Source: an uncultured Gemmatimonadaceae bacterium (GTDB lineage: Bacteria > Gemmatimonadota > Gemmatimonadetes > Gemmatimonadales > Gemmatimonadaceae). Taken from it: a stretch of DNA of 64,000 nt. Below the pieces are notes generated by a model. It was not told the DNA's origin and ran no database searches. It worked only from the letters and a program-made list of their open reading frames with translations. The DNA is taken from the NCBI GenBank assembly GCA_963790305.1, contig CAWBOC010000013.1, positions 128,001 to 192,000 of the forward strand, in the 5' to 3' direction. Shown here piece by piece: positions 10,342 to 21,245 of this stretch. Both the position numbers and the translations under genes were made by a program. How positions within the stretch are numbered: the first letter of the stretch is position 1; every line of letters starts with the position of its first letter.

Positions 10342-11618
10342 CGCTCGTCGGCGTGAGCCATGCGACCGCGGACATCGAGGTGCGCGAGCGCCTCGCGCAT
10401 GCGCCACACGAGATTCCCATCACGCTCGCCGCAGTCCGCGACGACACCGGTGCGCGCGAGGGTGTTCTCCTCTCCACCTGCAATCGGACCGAGATCTATC
10501 TCGTCGAAGGCGAGCATGACGCGACCAGTGGCGCGTGGACCGCATTGTCGAGGCGGCTCGGCCGCGACGCGTCGCCGTACGGCTACGTCCGACGCGAGCG
10601 TGAGGTGGTGAAGCATCTCTTCCGTGTCGCCTCGGGGCTCGATTCAATGATTCTTGGCGAGACGCAGATCCAGGGACAGGTGCGCGATGCGTGGCAGATC
10701 GGGCGCGCGCACTCGTCGGCTGCACTCAACCGCCTCTTTCAGTCGGCCCTCCTCGTCGCTGGCCGCATACGCGCGGAGACGGCGATCGGGCATGGCGCGG
10801 CATCGGTGAGCTCGGCGGCGGTGCAGCTTGCCAAGAAAATATTCGGCTCGCTGCACGGCCGGCGCGCGATGATCCTCGGCGCCGGCGAGATGGCCGAGCT
10901 GGCGCTCGAGTGTCTCGTCGCGCAAGGGGTGCGCACGGCGATCGTGGCCAATCGCACGTACGACCGCGCCCGGGACATGGCCGCGCGGCACGGCGCGAGC
11001 GCGCTGCACTACGACGAATGCTGGTCGCGTCTGTCCGACGTCGATGTCATGCTGTGCTCCACGGCGGCACCACACGCCGTGGTGACACCCGCGCACATCG
11101 CCCCGACACTCGCGGCCCGCGGGGACCGTCCCCTCTGCATTCTCGACATCTCGCTTCCGCGGGATGTCGATCCCGCGGTCGGCCGGCTCGACAACGTGTA
11201 TCTGTACGATCTGGACGACCTTCGTCAGCTCGTCGCGACCACCGTCGATCATCGGCGCGGCGAAGTCCCGAGCGCCGAGCGGCTGATCGAGGAAGAGGTA
11301 GAGTCGTATTGGTCGTGGCTGGCCGGGCTCGCTGCAGTCCCCGTTCTCACCGAGTTTCGCGCGCGCATGGACGATGTTCGCGATCGCGAGGTGACGCGAC
11401 TCCTCCGGCGACTCGAGCACCTTCCGGAATCGGATCGCGAGACCATCGAACACTTCTCACGAGCACTAATGAACAAGTTCATGCACGAGCCGTCGGTACG
11501 CTTGCGCGCCGCGGCGGCGAACGGACGCGGACTGGGGATCGTCGATGCGGTGCGCTACCTCTTCGCGCTCGAGGACGGGAGCAAGGCGGACGACACCAAC
11601 GTCGAGAGCGATCGATGA
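10332..11618 (+). CDS. hemA: Glutamyl-tRNA reductase
   Basis: LSTCNRTE, SGLDSMILGETQI.GQV, GAGEM, DISLPRDVD. Confidence 0.97.
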   Translation: MALTLVGVSHATADIEVRERLAHAPHEIPITLAAVRDDTGAREGVLLSTCNRTEIYLVEGEHDATSGAWTALSRRLGRDASPYGYVRREREVVKHLFRVASGLDSMILGETQIQGQVRDAWQIGRAHSSAALNRLFQSALLVAGRIRAETAIGHGAASVSSAAVQLAKKIFGSLHGRRAMILGAGEMAELALECLVAQGVRTAIVANRTYDRARDMAARHGASALHYDECWSRLSDVDVMLCSTAAPHAVVTPAHIAPTLAARGDRPLCILDISLPRDVDPAVGRLDNVYLYDLDDLRQLVATTVDHRRGEVPSAERLIEEEVESYWSWLAGLAAVPVLTEFRARMDDVRDREVTRLLRRLEHLPESDRETIEHFSRALMNKFMHEPSVRLRAAAANGRGLGIVDAVRYLFALEDGSKADDTNVESDR

Positions 11619-12583
11619 GCGGCCGCGCTCTCGTAACCGGCGGCGCCGGGTTCATCGGCTCGCATGTCTCCGATCTGCTGCTCGCGAATGGCTTCGAGGT
11701 CACGATCATCGACAACCTGGTGAGCGGAAATCGCGACCAGGTGCCGAAGGCGGCGACGTTTCACGAGATGGACATCACCGACGAGCGCGTCTCGCGGCTG
11801 GTGCAGGAGTCGGGGTTCGACGTGATCTGCCACCTCGCGGCGCAGATCGACGTTCGGAAAAGCGTTGCCGATCCCGCGTATGATTCGCGCGTCAACATCG
11901 GCGGAACGCTCAATCTCCTCGAGGCGGTACGGCAGAGCGGCAAGCGCTCGACGCGTTTCGTCTTTTCGTCGACCGGCGGTGCCGTGTATGGCGATCTCGT
12001 CGCGCCGCCGACCTCGGAGGAGGCGCCAAAGGATCCGCAGTCTCCCTATGGTACGGCGAAGCTGAGTGTCGAGTACTACATGGGGTACTACGCCCGCGTT
12101 CATGGACTCGAGACGGTAGCGCTGCGGTATTCCAACGTGTACGGACCTCGGCAAGATCCGCACGGGGAAGCGGGGGTAGTCGCGATATTCTGTAACCGGC
12201 TGCTCGACGGGACGCCGCTGACGATTTTCGGCGACGGCAAGCAGACGCGCGACTATGTCTACGTTGGCGACGTCGCGCGGGCGAATCTGCTGGCGGCGAC
12301 GCGCCCGCTTCCCTCGATTGGCGCGCTGGACGCGCGCGCGTTCAACGTCGGAACCTCCGTCGAGACGGACGTGGTGGAATTGGCGCGGCTGCTTCGCGAG
12401 ATCGCCGGCGCAAACGTGGAGGCCAAGCACGCCCCTGACCGGCCAGGGGAGCAGAAGCGCTCCGCGGTCGACGTGCGGAAAGCGCAGCGCGTACTGGGCT
12501 GGCAGCCGAAGATGTCGCTGCGGGATGGGCTCGCCGAGACCTATCGGTACTTCGCGGCACGCCGCGAGGGGGCACGCACGTGA
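11615..12583 (+). CDS. NAD-dependent epimerase/dehydratase (UDP-glucose 4-epimerase-like)
   Basis: TGGAGFIGSH, SSTGGAVYG, YxxxK (YGTAK), NVYGPRQDPHGEAGVVAIF. Confidence 0.93.
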   Translation: MSGRALVTGGAGFIGSHVSDLLLANGFEVTIIDNLVSGNRDQVPKAATFHEMDITDERVSRLVQESGFDVICHLAAQIDVRKSVADPAYDSRVNIGGTLNLLEAVRQSGKRSTRFVFSSTGGAVYGDLVAPPTSEEAPKDPQSPYGTAKLSVEYYMGYYARVHGLETVALRYSNVYGPRQDPHGEAGVVAIFCNRLLDGTPLTIFGDGKQTRDYVYVGDVARANLLAATRPLPSIGALDARAFNVGTSVETDVVELARLLREIAGANVEAKHAPDRPGEQKRSAVDVRKAQRVLGWQPKMSLRDGLAETYRYFAARREGART

Positions 12584-13303
12584 TCGGCGACCCGATGTTC
12601 GCTCAGGTCTCGGAGGCGATTCCAACGTCGCCATGGGAAATGATCACGCACGCCACGATCATGACGCAGATCGTGCTCGCGGTTCTGGTCATTCTCTCGT
12701 TGATCAGCTGGGCGATCATGTTGCTCAAGTGGCGCGAGTTTCGTCGCGTGCACGACGCGGGTCGCACCTTCATGCGTGATTTCGAGCGTGCGTCGTCCCT
12801 CGAGGATGCGAGCGCGGTCGCGCGCCGCAGCCCTCCGAGTCCCTTCACGCGCATCTTCACACGCGCGGTGAACTTTTTCGCCGAGATGAAGCCCGGGGCG
12901 CTGCGCTCGACGGAGGCGCATGATCCACTCAGTGGATCACAGGTCGAAGCGCTGCGCCTGGTGCTCGATGCGGAGACGACTGACGAGCGTGACCGGATGG
13001 GAGCCTTCATCCCCTGGCTCGCCACGATCGGCTCGGTGAGCCCGTCTGATCGGGCTGCTCGGCACGGTGCTTGGCGTCATCGACGCGTTCATCGGGATCG
13101 CGACGAAGGGCTCGGGCAACATCAGCGCGGTGGCACCCGGGGTGGCCGAGGCGCTCATTGCGACCGCGGCCGCACTTGCGGTGGCCATTCCGGCAGTGTT
13201 CGGGTACAACATTTTCGCGAGCAAGCTCAACCGACTGGAGAGCGAGCTCGAGGGATTTGGGACGGAGATCATTGCGATGATGGTGCGCGAGGGGAGGATT
13301 TGA
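12580..13303 (+). CDS. tolQ: TolQ (MotA/TolQ/ExbB family), frameshift near 13045
   Basis: LATIGSVSP|LIGLLGTVLGVI, VAPGVAEALIATAA.L.VAIPA; first gene of a tol-pal cluster. Confidence 0.9.
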
Positions 13304-13305
13304 TC

Positions 13306-13397
13306 GCCGAGGCGATCGAGGGTGTCGAGGTGATCGAGGTAATCGAGGGCGTCCGCCTGGATTCCCTCGACAACCTTGACGACCTCGATCACTTCGA
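13306..13397. repeat. Intergenic palindrome with 9-bp (RTCGAGGTN) tandem arms, between tolQ and tolR
   Basis: Left gccgaggcg-atcgagggt-gtcgaggtg-atcgaggta-atcgagggc; right ctcgacaac-cttgacgac-ctcgatcac-ttcga. Confidence 0.9.
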
Positions 13398-13412
13398 ATG
13401 GAGTGTCAGCGC

Positions 13413-13820
13413 ATGAGACGTGGTCGCTCTCGCATGCCGCTCAATGGCGAGATCAACGTCGTCTCGCTGATCGACGTCATGATGCTGCTGATGGTCATCT
13501 TCATGATCACGGCGCCGATCATGCAGGGCGGCGTGGATGTCGCGCTCCCGCGCGCCGAGGCGCGTCCGCTGGAGCCGAGGCAAGGACTCGTCGTCACGGT
13601 GAACCGTCGAGGGGAGATCTTCGTGGACCAGACACGACTCACCTATCCGGAATTCCGCGCCAGCTTCCGTGCACTCGCGTCGCAGCGCGCGCGCGATGGC
13701 GTGTATTTGCGCGCTGATCAGGGCGTTCCGTACGGCAACGTCGTGCGCGTGCTTGCCGTTATGCGGGCCGCGGGCGTCGGCGACGTCGGGCTCGTGGCGG
13801 AGCCGGAGGAAGTGCGGTAG
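13413..13820 (+). CDS. tolR: TolR (ExbD/TolR family)
   Basis: EINVVSLIDVMMLLMVIFMITAP, LRAD..VPYG.VV.V. Confidence 0.92.
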   Translation: MRRGRSRMPLNGEINVVSLIDVMMLLMVIFMITAPIMQGGVDVALPRAEARPLEPRQGLVVTVNRRGEIFVDQTRLTYPEFRASFRALASQRARDGVYLRADQGVPYGNVVRVLAVMRAAGVGDVGLVAEPEEVR

Positions 13821-14545
13821 TGCCGCGCCGACGCGTGCGCGAGCGCGCACGCCTGGCTCCCACGCTCGGCGTGTCGCTCCTTTTGCACCTCGCGGTCGCG
13901 ATACCGCTCGTGCTCACTCGACCGGCGAGGGCGCCCGCGCTTCCGCCCATTTATCGGGTCGATCTCATCGCCGCACCGGCCGGGCCGCGGCAGTCTGGTA
14001 TCGTGACTCCTCAGCCGACGGCGCAGCCAGCGGAACCGGCTCCCACGCCACCGCGCGCGGAGCGCCAGCCACAGGAAATGCCGGCCCCGCCGACGCAGCG
14101 TCCGCCCCCGCGTACGCGAACTCCACCTGCGCCAGCGACCCCGACGCCGGCCCCGACCACGACGCCAGTTCAGACCGCGCCGGCGCAGCCGGCGGGAGGC
14201 GGTCCGACGGGCGATCGTGGCACGGACGTCGCCACGGTTCGGACCGAAGGGATCGAATTTCCCTATCCGGCGTATCTCCAGAACATCGTTCGGCAGATCG
14301 CGCAGCGCTTCGATCCGCCGAGACGCGGCGCCTTGAGCGCAGAGGTGACGTTCCTCCTGCGCCGTGATGGATCGGTCGCCGACATTCGCATCAGCACTCG
14401 TTCCGGCAACTTCGAGTTCGATCAGGAGGCAATGGGAGCCATTGAGGCGGCGGCGCGCGCGGGCGCGTTTGGACCACTGCCCGATGGATTTCCCGACGAT
14501 GTGCTGCCGGTCATCTTCAGCTTCGATCCACGGGTACTGCGTTGA
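13820..14545 (+). CDS. tolA: TolA/TonB-like energy transducer
   Basis: N-terminal TM with SLLLH, Pro-rich linker, TonB_2-like C-domain (SGNFEFDQEAM.AI, FGPLP). Confidence 0.8.
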   Translation: MPRRRVRERARLAPTLGVSLLLHLAVAIPLVLTRPARAPALPPIYRVDLIAAPAGPRQSGIVTPQPTAQPAEPAPTPPRAERQPQEMPAPPTQRPPPRTRTPPAPATPTPAPTTTPVQTAPAQPAGGGPTGDRGTDVATVRTEGIEFPYPAYLQNIVRQIAQRFDPPRRGALSAEVTFLLRRDGSVADIRISTRSGNFEFDQEAMGAIEAAARAGAFGPLPDGFPDDVLPVIFSFDPRVLR

Positions 14546-15847
14546 TACTTCGCTTGCATCTTCGTCGCGGCGCTCGCCGCGTTCGCCCTCACGACCGCGC
14601 TCGCGGCGCAGGATACGACCGCGCGCGGCGTGCGCATCGGTCTCACCTATCAGCCGGGAACGCGCCCGGGAGTTGTCGTGCTCCCAGTGAATGGCGCGAA
14701 CGGGGACAGCGTCCGCACGATTCTTCAGCGCGATCTCGATTTCGGTGATCGCGTCGAAGTCGTCGGCCGTGAGGGAAGCACCGTCGCTGACGTCGCTCGA
14801 CAGCAGGGCGGCACGATGAACTATCAATTGTGGCGAGCGCTTGGTGCGCTTGCCATCGTCCAGGCGACAGCGACGGCGAGCGGCGTGCGCGTCGCCGTGC
14901 ACGATGTCACCGCCGCCGGAATTCTCAACGCGCGCGACTTTACGCTGCCGACGCCGGCGCTTTCCGCGGGATGGCGGATGGCGTTGCACGGCGTGTCGGA
15001 TGAGATCGAGCGCTGGATCACGGGAACGCGTGGCGCGGCGCAAACCCGCGTGGCGTTCGTGCGTGGCGGGCGCATACACGTCGTCGACAGCGACGGATAT
15101 GGAGAGCGCGCCATCAGCGAGCAGGGGACCGCGCTTTCGCCCGCGTGGCATCCCTCGGGGCGGTGGATCGCGTACAGCGCGTTTGGGCCGCGAGGCACGC
15201 AGATCATTGTGCGCGACCTGCAAAGTGGTGGCACGCGCGTCGCCAGTCCGCGTCCGGGGCTGAACATTACTCCGGAGTTTTCGCCGGATGGGTCGCTTCT
15301 TGTTTGGGGGTTCGGCGAGGAGAGCGGAACCGATCTCGTAGCGGCGCCCCATCCCGGTAGTGGTGACCCGCGTCGCATTACGGTGGGTCGCGGCAGTGAT
15401 AACGTATCGCCGTCGTTCAGCCCCGACGGACGACGGTTGGCGTTCACGTCCAGCCGCGCCGGACACCCGGAGATCTACACCGCCGATGTCGATGGGGCGA
15501 ACGTCGAGCTACTCACCACCTACCTTGCGGGCGATCAGAGTTACCGGTCGAACCCGGCGTGGTCGCCGGACGGACGTGTCGTCGCTTTTCAATCTCAGGT
15601 CGCGGGACGGTTCCAGCTCATGACGATCTCGTTGCGCGATCGCGGCATGAAGCAGCTGACGAGCGAAGGGATCAATGAGGATCCGGCATGGGCTCCCGAC
15701 GGCCGGCATCTTGTCTTCACGTCGTCACGCACGGGGACGAAGCAGCTCTTCGTGCTCGACGCGGAGACCGGGCGTGCGCGCCAGCTTACGCGCGCGGGTG
15801 GCGCCCGCCTGGCGGCATGGTCTCGCGTTCTCGACCGCACGCCATAA
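14542..15847 (+). CDS. tolB: TolB beta-propeller protein (start region apparently frameshifted)
   Basis: PD40 repeats (P.WSPDG, PSFSPDG); in-frame signal peptide from 14546; lies between tolA and pal. Confidence 0.9.
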
Positions 15848-15883
15848 CTTCCGCCCTCGAACTACAACTCGGAGCGCACCATC

Positions 15884-16504
15884 ATGGACCATCGCATGAC
15901 ACGCACGTTGCTCGTCGTCGCCCTCGTTGCGGTCGCGAGCGCCTGCCCACGCAACCAGCCCCCGCCCGTCACGCCATCGCCGACGGTGAATCAAGACAGC
16001 ATCGACGCCGCTGAACGCGCGCGTCGCGAGGCGGCCGAACGCGCGGAGGCTGCTCGCCGCGACTCGATCGATCGGGCGAATGCCGCGCGCGAGGACTCGC
16101 TGAGACGTGCTCGTGAGGCGGTCGAAGGCGTTCGTTCGGCGCTCACGGCGCCGATCTATTTCGACTACGATAGTGACGCGCTCGGTGACGCGGCCCGCTC
16201 GGCCCTCGACCAGAAGCTCGCCATTCTCCAGTCGAACAGCGGCGTGCGGTTGCGCATTGCCGGTCACGCCGACGAGCGTGGCTCGGACGAGTACAATCTC
16301 GCGCTCGGACAACGGCGCGCCGCGGCGGCCAAGCGCTATCTCACGCAACGCGGTATCCCCGAGGCGCAGATCGAGATCATCAGCTTCGGAGAGGAGCGGC
16401 CGGCGGCGAGTGGCGCCGATGAGTCCGCGTACGCGCAGAATCGGCGCGACGAATTCGAGATCACTTCTGGGGGCGACGCGTTGAGGTCGCCGTCGGGACC
16501 ATGA
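15884..16504 (+). CDS. pal: Peptidoglycan-associated lipoprotein Pal
   Basis: Lipobox ASAC; OmpA domain IYFDYD, GHADERGSDEYNLALGQRRA, NRRDEF. Confidence 0.95.
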   Translation: MDHRMTRTLLVVALVAVASACPRNQPPPVTPSPTVNQDSIDAAERARREAAERAEAARRDSIDRANAAREDSLRRAREAVEGVRSALTAPIYFDYDSDALGDAARSALDQKLAILQSNSGVRLRIAGHADERGSDEYNLALGQRRAAAAKRYLTQRGIPEAQIEIISFGEERPAASGADESAYAQNRRDEFEITSGGDALRSPSGP

Positions 16505-17343
16505 ACGCGCTCGTCAGGCGCATCGCACCGGTCGCTCTCGTGGCGACCGGTGCGTGCTTCGCCACGCAGAGCGACGTGCGCGTGCTTCAGACGGACGTGC
16601 AGAACCTGCGGGCCGAACGGTCCCGTCAGGATTCTGTGATGCAGCAGCGGTTTCAGGAGTTGATGGCGTCGCTCCAGACGACGAACGACTCCGTGCGCTC
16701 CCTTTCGAATCGTGTGACGCGTCTCCAGGGGGACGTGCGCGGCGATCTGTTCCAGATGAATCAGCAGCTACTGCAGATCCAGGAGCTCAGCGGGCAGAGC
16801 CAGCGCCGGCTTCAAGAGCTGCGCTCTTCGCTCGAGGCGCGTCAGCAGGATGTGCCTCCCGTTACACCGCCCGCGGCTCCGTCGCAGACACCACGCGACT
16901 CAGCCGCCGGGGCGGCGCCAGGCGCACAAGTGCCGGCTGCTGCACCGTCCGGCCCGGCAGCGGGATCTCCTGGGCCCAACCAGCTCTTCCAGTCGTCGCT
17001 GGATCAGCTCCGGCGCGGCAGCCCCGGAAGCGCACGCCGCGGTTTCGAGGAGCTTCTTCGCCAGTATCCGACGTCGGAGTTAGCCGGTGAAGCGCAGTTC
17101 TATATCGGTGAGGCACTCGCCGGCGAGGGCAATCTCGCCGCTGCGGATACGGCGTACGGCACAGTCGTAGCAAGGTACAGCGAGTCGGCGCGCGCGCCCA
17201 CGGCGCTGTACAAGCGAGCGCTGCTCCTGCAGCAGCGCGGTAACGTTGCGATGGCGCGCACCGCCCTGAACGAGCTCGTCAGGCGATACCCGCGGTCGGA
17301 CGAAGCGCAGCTGGCACGCGAGCGGCTGCGTACAATGCAGTAG
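16501..17343 (+). CDS. cpoB: Tol-Pal system protein CpoB/YbgF
   Basis: Lipoprotein signal (TGAC), coiled coil, C-terminal TPRs (YP.SELA..AQFYIGE, APTALYK); follows pal. Confidence 0.88.
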   Translation: MNALVRRIAPVALVATGACFATQSDVRVLQTDVQNLRAERSRQDSVMQQRFQELMASLQTTNDSVRSLSNRVTRLQGDVRGDLFQMNQQLLQIQELSGQSQRRLQELRSSLEARQQDVPPVTPPAAPSQTPRDSAAGAAPGAQVPAAAPSGPAAGSPGPNQLFQSSLDQLRRGSPGSARRGFEELLRQYPTSELAGEAQFYIGEALAGEGNLAAADTAYGTVVARYSESARAPTALYKRALLLQQRGNVAMARTALNELVRRYPRSDEAQLARERLRTMQ

Positions 17344-17352
17344 GGAGGTTTC

Positions 17353-18135
17353 GTGGGACCGAAGACGTCGGGCGCAGAGATGCCGTTCCTCGATCACCTC
17401 GAGGAGCTGCGCTGGCGTATCCTGTGGTCGATCATGGCGCTGCTGGGCGGCATGATCGTCGCCTTCCTGCTCGTGACGAGAATCGACGTCATTGGCTTTC
17501 TCCAGGCGCCGATTCTCCCGTATCTGCAGGGTCGCAAGCTCGTTTACACGCACCCGGGTGAGTCGTTCGGCATCGTCATGAAGGTGTCGTTCGGCGTCGG
17601 GCTCGTGTTCGCGTTGCCAGTCATCATTTATCAGGTGTGGGCGTTTCTCTCGCCCGCGCTGTACAGGCACGAGAAGAAGGTCGTCATCCCCGTCATCCTC
17701 GGCGCCGTCATGCTGTTCGCGGTCGGCGTAGTCGTGGCGTACCAGGGCATCCTCCCGCTCACGCTCCGCTTTCTGCTCACCTTCGAGACGCAGTCGCTCG
17801 AGCCGATGATCACCGCGGCTCAGTACTTCGGGTTCGCGATCACGATGTCGCTGGCATTCGGGGCCGTGTTCGAGCTGCCGATCGTCATCCTCGCCCTTAC
17901 GGCGCTCGGGCTGGTGACGCCCCGAATGCTGCGCAAGTTCCGCCGATACGCGTTCATCCTCTCGATGGTCGCCGGTGCCTTGATCACCCCCGGTGGCGAC
18001 CTGCTTTCCCTGGCGCTGCTCACTGGGCCGATCTACCTCCTCTACGAGGCGAGCATCCTGCTCGCGTATATCGTGTATCGTCGGCGCGAGAACCGGATTG
18101 CGGCCGACGCAGCCGAGCGAGAGGCGACGGCGTGA
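17353..18135 (+). CDS. tatC: Twin-arginine translocase subunit TatC
   Basis: MPFLDHLEELRWR, YQVWAFLSPALYRHEK, FELP, ITPGGD, LYE. Confidence 0.97.
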   Translation: MGPKTSGAEMPFLDHLEELRWRILWSIMALLGGMIVAFLLVTRIDVIGFLQAPILPYLQGRKLVYTHPGESFGIVMKVSFGVGLVFALPVIIYQVWAFLSPALYRHEKKVVIPVILGAVMLFAVGVVVAYQGILPLTLRFLLTFETQSLEPMITAAQYFGFAITMSLAFGAVFELPIVILALTALGLVTPRMLRKFRRYAFILSMVAGALITPGGDLLSLALLTGPIYLLYEASILLAYIVYRRRENRIAADAAEREATA

Positions 18136-21024
18136 GGTCGCGGTTTCCTGGGGCGGTTGCCGTCGCCCTCGCTGCCCTGTGCATCGTACCCCAGCTGAGC
18201 GCGCAGCAGCCGCCCACTCCGCCTCGTCAGGCGCCGGGGGTGCGGGACACGACCGCGCGCGATACGACGCGTCTCGTGGAATGGGCAGAGCCCGATTCCG
18301 TGATGGCCGAGCTCCTGGCGCGAGCGGGATATCTGGCGACGAGGTATCAGGGTGATCGCGTCATCTTCGATGCGAAGGCCAAGGAGATCATCGTCCTTGG
18401 GAATGCCGCCGTTGGCCGTGAGCAGACGACGCTCATTGCCGACTCGATTCGCTACAACGACTCGCTGAAAGTCGTCCGTGCCCTCGGCGATACGATCGTG
18501 CTACGGGACCCCTCACAGACGGCGGACCTCGTGGCGCTGGGGCAGCTCATCTACGACGTGCAGTCCAAGCAGGGGTCTGGGACTGGAATCAGCACGAGCG
18601 TGCAAAGCGGTGAGATCTGGTTCGTGAGAGGACACAGGACGGGTTTCGCCACGGATACGACGGACGAGGAGCGCACGTTTTACGCGACGAGCGGCACGAT
18701 CACCAGCTGCGACCTCACCGAGCCGCATTATCACTTCAAGTCGAAGGAAGTGAAGATGATCGGGCGCCGCGCGCTGATCGCGCGGCCCGCGGTCCTGTAC
18801 ATCCACGACATCCCGATCCTGTGGGTCCCATTCATTTACCAGGACCTTCGTCGGGGACGACGGAGCGGCTTGCTGCCCCCGCGGTTCGGCTTCAGCGACA
18901 TCGTGCGCAATAGCACGACGTACCGCCGGCACATCGACGGACTCGGCTGGTACTGGGCGATGAACGACTACATGGATGGGAAGATCGAGATGGGGTGGCG
19001 GAGCGGTGCGCGCGGAAGCGAGACCGACCCTGGCTGGCTCGACTGGCGGGCCGAGTGGAAGTACAACTGGTTGTCCCGCGCCATACGCGGCGGACTTGCC
19101 TGGAGCAACTCCTCGTGGACGAATGGTCGCAGTGGAAGCTCGTACCGCCTGTGGCACTCGCAGCAGTTCTCGCAGAAGAGCTCGTTGCGCGCCGACCTCA
19201 ATTACCAGACGAACACGAGTCTCGAGCGGGATCGGTCGGTCACGGTCGAGCAGACGTTCGCCACGATCCACTCCTCGGCGAGCTACGATCGTGATTTCGG
19301 TCTGTTTCGCATGGCACTAGGTGGCTCGCAGTCGCAAACGGCGGGTCGGGATGAGATTCGTCGCACGCTGCCTACGCTGTCACTCACGCCGCGGGGAGCC
19401 ATCTCGCTCGCGTCATGGCTGGAGTGGAATCCGCAGCTCAGCCTGGAGAATGACCAGACCCTCGACATGACGATCAACGACCCGCGCGTGGGCGTTCGCT
19501 TCAGGCCGCTTCCCGGAGGAGGTATCGACAGCTCGCGAATCATTGGCGATCAACGCACGACCACCGTCCGGTTTGATACTCCGATCCGGATTTTCGGCTT
19601 CAACTGGACGAACAACGTCCGAGTCACCGATCGTGAGCAGGCCCATCCGATCGTGTGGGAGATCGTCGATCCCGACGATCCCAACGCGCGGCACACGCGC
19701 GTCTATGCGCGAGGGTTCAGCACCGAGATCGAGTGGCAGACGCAGTTCTCGCTGCCGAACATCTTTCAGGGTCGACTCAATCTCGTACCGTCGGTCAGCG
19801 TCATGAACGCGAGCAACGGACCGTTCGCACTTCGGAACGAGCTCACGGGTGGCGAGTACGTCTACCAGGGAAAGCGCCTCGCGTACGGGCTTTCGATGTC
19901 ACCGACGTTCTACGGGTTGTTCCCCGGGTTCGGCCCCATCACCCGCTTCCGCCATACCATTTCGCCGAGCCTTTCCTACACGTACGCGCCTGCCGGCGAG
20001 GTGAGTGCCGAGTACCTCGCGGCTCGCAACCAGTCGAACGTGGGCAATCTCGGCAACATCACGCAGCAATCGCTGACACTATCGTTCAATCACAACCTCG
20101 AGGCGAAGCTGCGAGGACGTGGCGGGGACACGTCGGAAGCCGCGGTGCGCAAGGTCAAGGTCTTCTCGATGGGTTTCGATGCGCTGACGTACAACTTCGA
20201 GCGCGCTCGCAAGACGGGAAAAGCGTCGACGGGATTCGAGACGTCGAGCTTTGGATATCGACTGTCATCCGATTTGCTGCCTGGCTTCGACCTGGGGATG
20301 CGATACTCCCTGTTCGAGGGAGACGTGTCGAGCGACACGGCGCGTTTCAAGCCGTTCCGAACATCCACGGACATGTCGCTCTCCATCGGCCGTGAACGCA
20401 ACCCGTTCGCGTTTCTCGCGCGCGTGTTCGGGAAGGCGGTACCAAGCAGCGAGGTCCCGGCGAATTCACCGTCGACCGATAGTCTCCCCGGTGATCGCCC
20501 TCCGGTGCAACCCGGCGGGTTCGGCGCGGCGCGCGATCCGCGGGGAATCAACACCGAGCAGGGCTGGTCGGCGTCCCTCAGCTACTCGTACTCACGCGAG
20601 CGGCCGCCGCGCGGCGTTGACGTGACCTTCTTCGACCCCCGGGCGCGGTGCCGTGCGGTCCCTGACCCGGGATTGCGCGCCGCCTGCGAGGCGCAGGCCC
20701 TGCTCGAGCTTCCGGACGATTCGCTTCCCTCGAACCAGGGAGTGTCGCGGGTGATTCAGCCGCCGCAGTCGTTGATGCGCGGAAACTTCTCATTCAATCT
20801 CACGCCGAAGTGGGCCGCGCAGTGGAGCACCTCCTACGACTTCGAGACCGCGTGACTTCGCCGACCACAGCGTGACACTCCAGCGCGACCTGCACGACTG
20901 GCGCGCGACGTTCGGCTTCAACCGGTCGCCATTCGGGAATTTCGCATTCAGCTTTTTCATCGCGCTCAAGGCGGAGCCGCAGCTGAAGTTCGACTACAAT
21001 CGCTCGACGTATCGGGCTCCCTAG
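18132..21024 (+). CDS. lptD: Putative LPS-assembly outer membrane protein LptD (frameshift near 20850)
   Basis: Signal peptide; TSCDL.EPHYHF, RRSGLLPP; long beta-barrel; shifted tail reads ...LQRDLHDWRATF...KFDYNRSTYRAP*. Confidence 0.8.
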
Positions 21025-21157
21025 TCGTCTGCTCGCTGAGCGACTTCGGCAACTGCGAACTGCGAACTCAGCCGGTCGCGGCTCCGAGCTTTTCGGTGCT
21101 TATCCTGCACACACTCCTGTCTCCGGGAGCGGACAGCACCGCCTACGCCCCCTCAGG

Positions 21158-21213
21158 AAGTCGTTAAGCAGCAACCAGTTAGTTGCGTCGTGCCAGTCGG
21201 CGCGCCCAGTGCA
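21158..21213 (+). promoter_or_regulatory. Possible sigma-54 promoter with upstream IHF-like site
   Basis: GG-N10-GC at 21199-21212 (cGGCGCGcccaGTGCA); AT-rich cagCAAccagTTA upstream resembles the IHF consensus WATCAANNNNTTR. Confidence 0.3.
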
Positions 21214-21245
21214 TTCCCTTACGGCGCCACTCACTGGAGACACGC

